NCBI RefSeq assembly: GCF_018398935.1 | Contig: NZ_CP074694.1 | Location: 2,190,001-2,222,000, forward strand | Origin: Telmatocola sphagniphila | GTDB taxonomy: Bacteria > Planctomycetota > Planctomycetia > Gemmatales > Gemmataceae | DNA length: 32,000 nt | Direction of reading: 5' to 3' | Shown: in pieces, positions 1-8,904 of the stretch | How the letters are laid out: each line of letters starts with the position of its first letter | Position numbering within the stretch: position 1 is the first letter of the stretch | Notes under the pieces: generated by a model | Told to the model about the DNA's origin: nothing | The model's input: only the letters and a program-made list of their open reading frames with translations | Database searches by the model: none | Position numbers and translations under genes: made by a program

Positions 1-980
1 TGCTGAAACTTATCGAAATCCATGCCGAGATTAGCGGCTCGCCCCGCATATTCCTCTGGACGTTCCTCGAAGATTGCGACGATTCCCGGCTCCCCCCGGC
101 GGAGTCCTTCCGCAATGAACTGGGTGGCCAATACAGACTTTCCCGATCCCGATGGCCCCGCGATTAGCAGACTGTCCCCTTCGGGAATTCCGCCTTGAAG
201 CAAGGCATCCAACTGGGCAATTCCGCAAGGAAGCCGCCTGCGATTGCGGGCTTTGACGGCTCGACCGGTCAGACCGAAAGTGCGAGGAAAAGCTTGCAAA
301 CCATCGTTAGTGATACGGAAAGTATGAAGGCCGGGGACCGAGGTCTGACCACGCAGTTTCATAACTTGAAGTTTCCGGACGATGGAGTTTCGTTCGACCT
401 GCTGGAACAGCCAGTACAGACCATCGGCCACGGTGAACACGGGGTTATCCCGAATTTCCCCATCGGTGTACTCGCCGATGAGAAAAGTCGTTGCCTGCCA
501 GCTGGTGAGGTGCAGTGCAAGCCGCTGTATGAACCCTTGAAGTTCCAATTCCGCCGTGCCTCCTTGAGCTCTTCGGATTACGGTTCGGAAGGAATCCACT
601 ACCACCAGGCCGGGGCTGGCTGCCTCGACTTCCTTGACGATTTCCTGCAATACCGCATTAAGATCTTTTTCCAGAACGACATGGCTCAGATTGATGAACC
701 GTACGGCCGAGTTGAGTTTAGCGGGGTCGAAAAAGTTGAACTGCTGCTGGTATCGCAGCATCTTGATGGCCGGTTCGCCCAGTACCGTGAAGTAGAGAGC
801 CGGGCGCTCCGGAGTCGCGTTCGCGAATATGACCTGGTGCGCGAGAGTGGTCTTACCGCAGCCGGGCGCGCCAGCAATGATGTTGAACGAATACTCGGGC
901 AATCCCCCACCGAGAATTTCATCCAGACCCGGAACACCGGTAGGAATTTTTCGGATGATTACTTTATCGTCGGCGTTCAT
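1..980 (-). CDS. KaiC-like two-domain RecA-superfamily ATPase (partial; 3' end runs off the window start)
   Basis: Absent from the ORF track because there is no stop inside the window. My minus-strand translation from ATG 980-978 reads MNADDKVIIRKIPTGVPGLDEILGGGLPEYSFNIIAGAPGCGKTTLAHQVIF...VVVDSFR...VMKLRGQ...ITNDGLQAFPR...GIPEGDSLLIAGPSGSGKSVLATQFIAEGL. The two Walker A motifs (GAPGCGKT, GPSGSGKS) sit in the KaiC-type tandem arrangement. The 195..1049 + ORF is its antisense shadow. Confidence 0.85.
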   Translation of the reverse strand, partial: MNADDKVIIRKIPTGVPGLDEILGGGLPEYSFNIIAGAPGCGKTTLAHQVIFANATPERPALYFTVLGEPAIKMLRYQQQFNFFDPAKLNSAVRFINLSHVVLEKDLNAVLQEIVKEVEAASPGLVVVDSFRTVIRRAQGGTAELELQGFIQRLALHLTSWQATTFLIGEYTDGEIRDNPVFTVADGLYWLFQQVERNSIVRKLQVMKLRGQTSVPGLHTFRITNDGLQAFPRTFGLTGRAVKARNRRRLPCGIAQLDALLQGGIPEGDSLLIAGPSGSGKSVLATQFIAEGLRRGEPGIVAIFEERPEEYAGRAANLGMDFDKFQ

Positions 981-1411
981 AAACCCTCATCACTTGCGAA
1001 GTCTATTCCGATCATCGAGGCGCTCGGCCACGCGTCGCGCACCAGTTGAAGCGTGAGCGGTTCACCGATGAATGTCACCAGTAGCCCCAGCAAATGCGCC
1101 AAGACCACAATCTCTCCTTTGCCGTCATCCATCCGATCTTGTTCCGGGCAATCGAGTTTCTTTAAGGAACCATCCTCCAGCACGCTTATCGAGACTAGTG
1201 AGGGGAGTTCCGCTTTGGCCATTACCAGCGCCCGCGACATGAGGGAGCGAAAACCGGCTATACCGGCAAGTTTCGATAGTGGCAGGCGCAATCGATCGTA
1301 AACTCGCATCGCGTCGCCACTGTTCGTAACGGGCGAATCTTCGCGCGCCGCTTCTAGGACGATTAATCGCCGAGCCAGATTTCGGATGCTGGGTGAAACT
1401 ATACTCATCAC
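977..1411 (-). CDS. hypothetical protein, translationally coupled to the KaiC-like gene
   Basis: 144-aa ORF. Its TGA (979-977) overlaps the KaiC-like ATG (980-978) as ATGA. No motif recognised. Confidence 0.55.
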   Translation of the reverse strand: MMSIVSPSIRNLARRLIVLEAAREDSPVTNSGDAMRVYDRLRLPLSKLAGIAGFRSLMSRALVMAKAELPSLVSISVLEDGSLKKLDCPEQDRMDDGKGEIVVLAHLLGLLVTFIGEPLTLQLVRDAWPSASMIGIDFASDEGL

Positions 1412-2099
1412 TCGACGAACTCTTAACTCGTGTCGGATCGAAACTGCGAATCCCTAACTCTTGGGTCGGGTACGACAGACCAGTTTTAACCCAACTTCAT
1501 GACTCTCGAATTAGTACTCGATCCGAACTGCGGGTGGATGACCTGGAGTAGGACTCGTCCTTGAACTTTTTGGACTGAGGATAATTCCACCTCCTTAAAT
1601 ATAGTAAAATTGGCGGAATTCAGTCGGACAAACTCCACGCGATCTGCAAATAGCAGGCCTATATGCCGGTTCCCAGCATCGATTAATAGCGTTCCCAGTA
1701 ATTTTTTTTGAATGCAATTGGAAGACCATCTCGCGTTCGGCCGGTGAGTGTGGAAGATCCGGCATCCCTCAGTCGATTAACTTCGGGTCGTCGATTTTAA
1801 TGCGGAATCTAACGAATTATTTCGGCGGTCGACAGAATTTGAACGCGAATTTGATATTCAGGCCTCGAGGCTTTGATCCTTCGCCGCGGATAAGCGTCCG
1901 ATAGACTGATTCCAATATCTAGACACGGAGGCACTTTCTGGGATACTCCAAAAGATCGTTGAAGATTGGCGAATCGCTACCTCTGTTTAACGGAGCCTAT
2001 CGATGCATGCCAACTTGACGATCACTCCAGAAATGTAACAAATTTCCAGGTTATTCTAATCCCCAAAAGTGGCCGGCCTCACCCTGAGGCGTCGTCGAA

Positions 2100-2330
2100 T
2101 CAGACGCTTCTCTCACTGTCGAGCTTTAGCAGGGAATTAGTCGGTCTTCCTTCCGCGAAGAGCCTTACTCTTTCCGACAAGATGAAAAATGTGGGTGCCC
2201 AGAGGCCGATAAAAATACCAAATCGCTCCCCATGCGCCACGTCGGGCTCTTTGGCTAAAAACCAAACGGCTATCGCGCCGAAGATCGATAAGAAGCCTGC
2301 CAAAAAACAGAATAGACTGATGGTTTTCAA
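2100..2330 (-). CDS. small membrane protein (two predicted TM helices)
   Basis: 76-aa ORF with two hydrophobic stretches (ISLFCFLAGFLSIFGAIAVWFL and FGIFIGLWAPTFFIL). The competing + ORF 1966..2352 looks like low-complexity antisense. Confidence 0.45.
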   Translation of the reverse strand: MKTISLFCFLAGFLSIFGAIAVWFLAKEPDVAHGERFGIFIGLWAPTFFILSERVRLFAEGRPTNSLLKLDSERSV

Positions 2331-2506
2331 CGATTCGCCCTCCAGTTATTAGTACTCAATAAAACAAAATATTAGAAACTTCGGATACCCATCAATTCCA
2401 TCTTGGGATTCAAAAGTATTTAATTCATCCGATTTGAATTTATTAGATCTGATCGGTTATAGATAATATTCGGTCGGAAACACTATGCGGATAATCGATC
2501 GAAATT

Positions 2507-2556
2507 GAGCGAATTCCACGTACTCTCCTATTGGGGGAGTATCGTGGAATTCGCTC
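2507..2556 (-). terminator. long imperfect hairpin downstream of the fasciclin gene (possible terminator)
   Basis: GAGCGAATTCCACG (2507-2520) is perfectly complementary to CGTGGAATTCGCTC (2543-2556). The stem extends through TACTC/GAGTA with one bulge. It lies 44 nt past the stop at 2600. There is no strong U-tract on either strand. Confidence 0.35.
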
Positions 2557-2599
2557 TTTCACAACGACAGATTATTCGATCTGCAATGCATCGAGAAAA

Positions 2600-3091
2600 T
2601 TAATCTTTGGGCATCAAAACCGTGTCGATTACATGGATCACGCCATTAGTGGCCACGAGGTCGGTCTTTGTGACTTTGGCATCACCGAGCATCACCGATT
2701 TGCCTTCGACTTTAATTGGGAAAGTATTGACTTCTTTGCCGCCCATTTCCATAACATCGGCAGCCATGACTTTCTTTCCGACAACAACGTGAGCAAGCAA
2801 AACCTTTTTCAACTTTTCCTTGTCCGCCAGTAGTGCGTCCAACTTCACTTGACCGATCTTTTCGAAGGCCGCGTTTGAGGGAGCAAATACCGTATAAGGG
2901 CCTTTTTCGCGCAGAAGATCGTCCAAACCTGCGGCCTTGAGAGCAGTCACGAGTGTGCTCAGATTCTTGTGAGCAATCGCGGTATCGACAATATTCGCTT
3001 CGGCCTTAGCATCTTCCGCACGACTCGTGGAGCCGAAAACGGCAGTGGCTAATCCAAAACAGAAAGTCAAAAAATTGAGTCGCATTTTCAT
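2600..3091 (-). CDS. fasciclin (FAS1) domain secreted protein
   Basis: 163 aa with an N-terminal signal peptide (MKMRLNFLTFCFGLATAVFG). FAS1 hallmarks are present: TVFAPSNAAFEK, LLAHVV, and the C-terminal ATNGVIHVIDTVLMP. Confidence 0.9.
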   Translation of the reverse strand: MKMRLNFLTFCFGLATAVFGSTSRAEDAKAEANIVDTAIAHKNLSTLVTALKAAGLDDLLREKGPYTVFAPSNAAFEKIGQVKLDALLADKEKLKKVLLAHVVVGKKVMAADVMEMGGKEVNTFPIKVEGKSVMLGDAKVTKTDLVATNGVIHVIDTVLMPKD

Positions 3092-3215
3092 CCTAAAATC
3101 TCCCTGTAGACTTTTTGTGCCCGAAACAGATTGCGAGCTAACGGACTAATGCTAGACCGCCGGGAGTTACCAATAGTAACCTATTCTGTATGGGAGTCTC
3201 TTTTACGCGTTTCAC

Positions 3216-3488
3216 CTACAGGGTTGTGGGGGTCTCAAACGGCTCCCCGGTGGAGACGGCGTGCCGCCAGGAAACCCGACTTGCTAACACGTCGTCCGGG
3301 TGGACCACCTGTTCCCATCCGGCTCCGAGGGTGACGCCCGCAGGAAGCCCGGTATACTCAAGGATTCGGCGATTGTGGTAAGTGGTTCCACCGTCAGGAT
3401 CAGCGAGCCAAACCATGTGGGGCATGGCGTCGGCGATGTCCTCAAAAACGTGGCCGTCCGCTGGCGCTTCGCGCGTCAATACTGCCAT
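3216..3488 (-). CDS. PAS-domain protein, apparently C-terminally truncated
   Basis: AAGGAG lies 7 nt upstream of ATG 3488. The sequence MPHMVWLADPDGGTTYHNRRILEYTGL...GWEQVVHPDDV...TGEPFE matches the first two thirds of a PAS fold. It then stops where EYRLR.. would be expected, and no continuation appears in other frames. Confidence 0.5.
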   Translation of the reverse strand: MAVLTREAPADGHVFEDIADAMPHMVWLADPDGGTTYHNRRILEYTGLPAGVTLGAGWEQVVHPDDVLASRVSWRHAVSTGEPFETPTTL

Positions 3489-3809
3489 CGCGTTGCTCCT
3501 TGATTTGCCACGGTGCGCCAGGCTCGCTGATGATCCGTGCAATCGAATTTGGGTGATAAAAAAACTATACAGAAGTAGTCAAGCGTTCGCTTGAATATTT
3601 CAGGCTGTACTGACCTGCGACCAGGGTTCGATTCTCGATTGGGCTCACGCAGACGGGAGGGGATAATCCAAATGTGGGAATCACGTCATCTGAGAGTCGT
3701 CCGTGACTTCGTCCTGGCGGTCTTGAGGTTGATTCTTAGCGTAACCAACCTGCTCAAACTTTTTGCATGAGTGGTTCAAAACTCATCTCAGGGTTACGCG
3801 CTGCCCCTT

Positions 3810-4352
3810 TTACTTACTGCCCGATCCCTTGAGTTCTAGCCAGGTATTGGCCGGCGCTCCACGCTCGCCGAGAACTTCCAATTTCACCATGCCTCCCAGT
3901 GGAGCGTCCTTACTCGTCCATAGTTTATTGTGAGTGGTGTAAATGCCGCTTGTGGTCTTAGATTTCAACAGAGTACATTCGAATTGTTTGGTTCCGAGCT
4001 TGACCTTCTCTTGGGTCTCTTCCCCTTTCTCGAGCTTGACACCCGAATAGTCTTTAAGGCCCAGCAACCAGATCGGATCATAAGGTTTGGTCAAATCGAT
4101 TCTCTCTTCCCGAGGAAGACTTTTCTGGCCGTCGAGTGTTATGACGGTAGAGATTGTGACCTCCTTGTCCGTCTTGGCAGTGACTGTGGTTTTGCTGTCA
4201 CCGACGCTTTTGATCGTGCCCCTTTCCATGGTCATCGTAAAGATCACCCAGTCCCCTTCCTTGACTTTCCTGAACGGGTTGTTATCGTCGGCGGGGCGAA
4301 CGATACTCGTCATTCCCAACATAAGGGCGAAAGCGAAGAGAAAATGTTTCAT
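3810..4352 (-). CDS. secreted hypothetical protein
   Basis: 180-aa ORF with a signal peptide (MKHFLFAFALMLGMTSIVRPA) and beta-rich, K/T/E-rich composition. No family recognised. Confidence 0.75.
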   Translation of the reverse strand: MKHFLFAFALMLGMTSIVRPADDNNPFRKVKEGDWVIFTMTMERGTIKSVGDSKTTVTAKTDKEVTISTVITLDGQKSLPREERIDLTKPYDPIWLLGLKDYSGVKLEKGEETQEKVKLGTKQFECTLLKSKTTSGIYTTHNKLWTSKDAPLGGMVKLEVLGERGAPANTWLELKGSGSK

Positions 4353-4427
4353 GGACTTGCTCCAAATAAAAAGAGGGAAAATCCCGGGACTGTAAGTGAT
4401 AAATGCTACCCTTTGAATTAAACGACT

Positions 4428-4784
4428 TCAACGATGTAAAGTTGTTAATTTTGAATCACTAACGCCTGAAAATTTAATCACTTCAAAGGAATGAGGATCG
4501 AGGAGGCTTCTTTGGACACAAGCAAATATCTCTCGATCATTCCTCTCAAACCGAAGTCGTGCGTAATTCCGCTGGACAATGGAATTTTTGCAGCGAACGG
4601 CCCCTATAGATCCCGCGTCGGCCAACGAACGTTGGTGCAACTCTGCTACCTGCACGCGGCGTGTCGGTCCGAGCTTCGCCTTCTTGGGTTTTTCCTCTTC
4701 GGTCTTGAAGTCAAAGGCGACCGCCCCCGAGCTTTTGCAGGCCATCGCACCGGCGAGGACGCCCCCGACCAGTATGAGCCGCAT
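4428..4784 (-). CDS. hypothetical protein (possible signal peptide)
   Basis: 118-aa ORF with a hydrophobic N-terminus, MRLILVGGVLAGAMAC. The lipobox is not canonical. Confidence 0.4.
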   Translation of the reverse strand: MRLILVGGVLAGAMACKSSGAVAFDFKTEEEKPKKAKLGPTRRVQVAELHQRSLADAGSIGAVRCKNSIVQRNYARLRFERNDREIFACVQRSLLDPHSFEVIKFSGVSDSKLTTLHR

Positions 4785-4822
4785 CTAACGGTGCATCAAC
4801 TTAACGGAATAACTCTTAGGAA

Positions 4823-5814
4823 TTAGTTCTCACTTATGAGGGCACGGACACAGATGAGTTCGGTTCCGGTGCGGACGAAGAACGTGCCGTCCACCACAGC
4901 CACGCCGTAGACCACGTCACCGACCGCCGAGTACCGAGTGGCTTCGAGTTCCTCCTTCGGCAGGGGTGGGCCACATCCCGGCCCCTTGCCCTCGGGCGGC
5001 TTGGGCAAGATTGCGGCGGCTTTCTCCTTGGCGGCGTCGCGGCGCTGGGCGAAATCAGCGGCGGACCAGAAGCGGTTGGACGCGACCTCTCGAAGTCGGG
5101 GCCGGCTTTGATGACGGTGGTCACGCCGTCCTTGCCGAAGAAGAAGACTTGGTCGCCGGCCCCGATTGGAGTCACCCAACATTGGTTGTCAAGCCTCTCA
5201 GCTTATAGCTCTTCGCCAGTCTGCAGATCGACGCAATGCACGAGACCGGACTTGGTGTCGAAGTAGGCGTGGCCCTTGTAAACGAGCGGGCTGGCGTGCT
5301 GATAGATAGCCTTCTTCCCGTCCCACACCGGCTCGAGCGAAATCCTATCGCCCTTGACCGTGAGGCGAACGCAGCAGTTCGACTTGACGGACGCGGCGAG
5401 GTCTGACTTCATCCGGCTCTCACCAGCCCCGATCACAACGAGGTCGCCGGCCACCGCCGGGGACGAGATGTTATTCCCTACGAAGCCGTCGAGGGTGGCA
5501 TCTTCCTTCCCAGTCGCCGCGTCATAAACGTCGAGGGAACCGCTGCTGCTGACGAGGACCGCGGACTTGCCGTCGATCTTAGTGACGACCGGCGAAGTCC
5601 ACGAAGGGCGACTCTTTCGGTCGGCTTTCCACAAGTTCTTGTCAGTTATCTTGTCCAGCGCGACGAGATACGATGGCCCGAGGTCGTCGATCAGGATCAC
5701 GGCTGCATTGTTCGTTTGTGTGGGCGAACTGCCTACCCCGTGGTTGTTCTTGAACGCACCGTAGTCCTTCCGGGCAGCGGCGTGCGCCACGCCAGCTTCT
5801 CGGTCGGCTACCAA
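4823..5814 (-). pseudogene. PQQ-like / BamB-like beta-propeller repeat protein, disrupted
   Basis: The reading frame from 5814 ends at an in-frame TAA (5205-5203). The same frame resumes as WVTPIGAGDQVFFFGKDGVTTVIKAGPDFE. A frameshift near 5086-5091 then leads to VASNRFW...YSAVGDVVYGVAVVDGTFFVRTGTELICV. Upstream the frame stays open only as far as a TAA at about 5911, with no ATG and no signal peptide, so the N-terminus is missing. Confidence 0.7.
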
Positions 5815-5969
5815 ATGAGCGGAAGGAATTTGACGATTGACTTTGGCGAATCTAAAGAAACTGCAACCGCGGACTGCTCCTAGGGGCTCAGCAACTCCTA
5901 AGCTCGACTGTTATTTCGGTAATTTTCGATAAACCATATATAATAAAGTTATACCCACGAGGTCCTCCC

Positions 5970-6131
5970 ATGAGCAGCCTAGCATGGATACTGATTTACT
6001 GCTTTAGCATTTTGCTTTTCTCTCTGCTCGGCGGTTTCTTGCCGTTGCTTCGCCGTCCAACTCATACCCGCTTGCAGATGTATCTCAGCCTATCCGCAGG
6101 GCGGCGAAAACGCCATAGGGGATGCCGTTAA
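5970..6131 (+). pseudogene. N-terminal fragment of a ZIP-family metal transporter
   Basis: My translation is MSSLAWILIYCFSILLFSLLGGFLPLLRRPTHTRLQMYLSLSAG, followed by the unrelated RRKRHRGCR and a stop. The first 44 aa resemble TM1-TM2 of ZIP/ZupT-like transporters (from memory). The ORF is too short for the track. Confidence 0.4.
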
Positions 6132-6446
6132 CAGGAACAAGCGAGACTTCCTGGAAGCTATCTGTGCTATGTCCCGGTTCCATTCCAACTGGAGTTGCGT
6201 ATTCGAGCTGGATCACCAGTGCGGTTGATGGCACATCCTGCGCCCATCGCTTTCCGGGCTTATAGCCTTCCCTGACGCGATAACGCGGCCTTTTCTCTAA
6301 GGGGCAGGAGGAAAACGCCACTCCCAAGGCCATGAAAACGGCCAGCCCAGGAGTGTGATGGTCATGAAGCCAGTTTCGGCTGGAACCTGTTATCGCGGGA
6401 AGCCCTTCGCCGAGCCGAGACGCAACTGAAGGATGACTTCGATTGG

Positions 6447-6839
6447 GTGACTGGAAATAATACGAACGACAGGCACGCTCTTTGGGAAACCCTCGTGCCA
6501 CCAGGTGGCGGCCCCCCGCACGTTCATAGCCGAGAGGAAGAAGGCATCTATATTTTGGAAGGTGAGATCACATTCACGGTCGATGGCGAAAAAATCGTGG
6601 CAAAGGCCGTAGCGTTCGTCAATATGCCTGTTGGAATTCCCCACAGTTTGAAAAACGAAAGCGGCAATCCGGCGAAGATGCTGATTTTCATCGCTCCCGC
6701 AGGATTGAAGCAGATGTTTTTTGAGTTCGGCGTGCCGCTTGCCAAAGTCCTCCACGAACTATTCGAGGCGTTCTGTTCCCGTTCCCAAACAGCCTTTTAC
6801 AATTGGAAGTACGAATCCCGATCTCAAAAAATGCTTTGA
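6447..6839 (+). CDS. cupin domain protein (5' end uncertain or possibly damaged)
   Basis: The cupin_2 core is clear: ALWETLVPPGGGPPHVHSREEEGIYILEGEITFTVDGE...PVGIPHSLKNESGNPAKMLIFIAPAG. The frame is open back to 6336 but contains no ATG. The track start is a GTG inside what should be the first beta strands. An ATG at 6358 lies in another frame. Confidence 0.6.
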   Translation: MTGNNTNDRHALWETLVPPGGGPPHVHSREEEGIYILEGEITFTVDGEKIVAKAVAFVNMPVGIPHSLKNESGNPAKMLIFIAPAGLKQMFFEFGVPLAKVLHELFEAFCSRSQTAFYNWKYESRSQKML

Positions 6840-6927
6840 ATTCAGCTTACTCGACGCCTGAATCGACTCCAAACAATTCCGTTTCAGCACTTACCAAGTT
6901 CAAACACTGTTCGTACCTTTCAGAGTC

Positions 6928-6955
6928 TTGACAGTATAGTACGCTGCGATATAAT
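6928..6955 (+). promoter_or_regulatory. sigma70-like promoter of the PadR gene
   Basis: TTGACA (6928-6933), a 16-nt spacer, then TATAAT (6950-6955). The ATG is at 6968, implying a very short leader. An 8-bp inverted repeat, ATAGTACG (6936-6943) and CGTACTAT (6962-6969), brackets the -10 element. Confidence 0.4.
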
Positions 6956-6967
6956 ACGAAACGTACT

Positions 6968-7558
6968 ATGAAAACCGATGATCAATCTTTGCTCGGGCAC
7001 GCACTCTTGGGGTTGATTCGACTGTGTCAACCCTGCTCGGGTTACGACCTTCGCAGGATGTTTGCCGGCCAGCCTATGGCCACTTTTAGCGATAGTCCGG
7101 GTTCGATCTATCCGGCACTGAAAAGGCTTGAGCGGTCATCGTTGGTAAGTTGTACCGTCGACGAAACTTCCCAAGTGCGGAGGCGAAAGCTCTACCGACT
7201 CAGCCCCCAGGGCCAGAAGGCGTTGACGCATTGGCTCACCCGCCCCATCACTTCGGATGCTGTCTTTCGATGTATGCCAGAACTGTTTCTACGGTTTGCG
7301 TTTCTGGAGGATTGTCTCGGCCCACGCGCTTGCGAGTCCTTTTTGGTATCCTTGGCCGATTACTTGCATCAGCATATTGAAATGCTTCAAGGACACTTGA
7401 AATCACACGAATCGGAGATGTCGCGTTCTGCCCGGCTGGCTTTACAGAGTGGAATCATGGGTTACGAGTGCCAGGCTTCATGGGTCAAAATAGCACTAGA
7501 AGAATATCGGAAATCGGCCTCGGGCAAGGCATTGGCTAGGTCAGTGAATAAGAGTTAG
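6968..7558 (+). CDS. PadR-family transcriptional regulator
   Basis: The wHTH signature is present: LLGLIRLCQPCSGYDLRRMF...SPGSIYPALKRLERSSLV...RRKLYRLSPQGQKAL. A longer C-terminal dimerisation region follows. Confidence 0.9.
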   Translation: MKTDDQSLLGHALLGLIRLCQPCSGYDLRRMFAGQPMATFSDSPGSIYPALKRLERSSLVSCTVDETSQVRRRKLYRLSPQGQKALTHWLTRPITSDAVFRCMPELFLRFAFLEDCLGPRACESFLVSLADYLHQHIEMLQGHLKSHESEMSRSARLALQSGIMGYECQASWVKIALEEYRKSASGKALARSVNKS

Positions 7559-7602
7559 CAAGAGGATTGACCTCAGACTTCCACATCACAAAGGGGATTG
7601 AA

Positions 7603-8904
7603 ATGGGCCGTATCACTTTGACGTTTCTACTCCTGATCGGCGCATGGGCAACCTTGGAAGGTTACTCACAGAAAGCCTGGGCGGATGAAGACACGCGGAA
7701 CCGGCCGTCTGACGAATTGCCGCAGGCAAATCCCAAAGACGTTGGGTTGTCGGCCGAAAAACTCGAACGTGTAAAAACTCTCGTTCAGGGGGTTGTGGAC
7801 AAGAAGCAAACCGCAGGTGTAGTCGTTCTCATCGCCCGCCATGGGAAAGTTGCCTATCTGGAGACGTTCGGAAAGATGAACGCCTTAACCGGCCAGGCGA
7901 TGAGGCCGGACGCCATTTTCCGGATTCACTCCATGAGTAAGCCTATTACCACCGCGGCTGCATTACTGCTGTACGAAGAAGGCAAGTACAAACTCGACGA
8001 TCCGGTTTCGAAATATCTACCTGAGTTCAAGGGCCTACGAGTTCATACCAGAAATGGGGAAGAGGTTGTCGCAGCTAAACGCGAAATGACAATTCGCGAT
8101 CTCATGCGGCACACTTCCGGGCTTACTTATGGGATGCCCAACGGTACTGCCGTGGACAAGATGTATATTGCCAAAGGAATTGACGGGCCTAATCTCAGCC
8201 TAGCGGAAATGGTAAGCGCCTTAGGCAAACTGCCATTACAGGATCAACCAGGAACCCAGTTCAATTACAGCGTTTCGACCGACGTGCTGGCCCGACTCAT
8301 CGAAGTTCTCTCGGGGAAACCGATCGATGAATTCCTAAAGGATCGAGTCTGCCGGCCACTCGACATGCGCGACACAGACTTCATCGTCCCAGATGACAAG
8401 CTGGCGAGGTTCACGGCTAATCATGGGGCAGGCGATAAGGGTATGCTCAAAGTCATTGACGACCCAGCCACTAGCCGGTACCGGACACGACGGAAGTATC
8501 TCTCGGGCGGAGGGGGCTTGGTTTCCACGGCTCGTGACTACGCTCGATTCTGCCAAATGCTGCTGCAGGGAGGAGAGCTTCAAGGCTGTCGGTTGCTTCG
8601 TCCGGAGACAGTCAGTGAAATGACGAGCAATCAGCTCCCAATCGAAGCGTTGCCCATGAAGCTCGGTGGTTTCCCCCTGCCGGGTATGGGATTCGGCCTT
8701 GGTCTGTCAGTACGCCTGGACGCAAAATCAGTTAAGCCCGACCCGGCCGCAGGAGAGTTCGGTTGGAACGGAGCGGCCAGCACTTACTTTTGGGTCGCGC
8801 CCAAGTCAGAGATGGTAGTGATCGTTCTCCAGCAAGTGCAGCCTTACAATTTCACGCTTCAGATGTCCCTAAAATCGGCCATTTATGGGGCGATAGAGAA
8901 TTGA
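7603..8904 (+). CDS. serine hydrolase, beta-lactamase-related family (class C / PBP4-like fold)
   Basis: S-x-x-K motif in IHSMSKPIT. A signal peptide (MGRITLTFLLLIGAWATLEG) starts at ATG 7603, preceded by AAGGGG. The track's TTG start at 7567 is rejected. The gene sits 44 nt after the PadR stop, so it is probably co-transcribed. Confidence 0.88.
   Translation: MGRITLTFLLLIGAWATLEGYSQKAWADEDTRNRPSDELPQANPKDVGLSAEKLERVKTLVQGVVDKKQTAGVVVLIARHGKVAYLETFGKMNALTGQAMRPDAIFRIHSMSKPITTAAALLLYEEGKYKLDDPVSKYLPEFKGLRVHTRNGEEVVAAKREMTIRDLMRHTSGLTYGMPNGTAVDKMYIAKGIDGPNLSLAEMVSALGKLPLQDQPGTQFNYSVSTDVLARLIEVLSGKPIDEFLKDRVCRPLDMRDTDFIVPDDKLARFTANHGAGDKGMLKVIDDPATSRYRTRRKYLSGGGGLVSTARDYARFCQMLLQGGELQGCRLLRPETVSEMTSNQLPIEALPMKLGGFPLPGMGFGLGLSVRLDAKSVKPDPAAGEFGWNGAASTYFWVAPKSEMVVIVLQQVQPYNFTLQMSLKSAIYGAIEN

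Noticed and set aside
195-1049. 284-aa + strand ORF
   Set aside because: It is the antisense shadow of the clearly recognisable KaiC-like gene on the minus strand. Its own sequence has no motifs and odd composition.
1966-2352. 128-aa + strand ORF
   Set aside because: It overlaps the minus-strand 76-aa ORF, which has two clean TM helices. The + product is low-complexity and S/P/K-rich.
3579-3594. Palindrome TCAAGCG-TT-CGCTTGA upstream of the PAS fragment
   Set aside because: It is short, isolated, and associated with a probably defunct gene. It is not enough to call an operator.
3621-3650. GGTTCGATTC, resembling a tRNA T-loop
   Set aside because: The flanking bases cannot form a T-stem (CAGGG versus CTCGA) or the rest of a cloverleaf, so this is not a tRNA.
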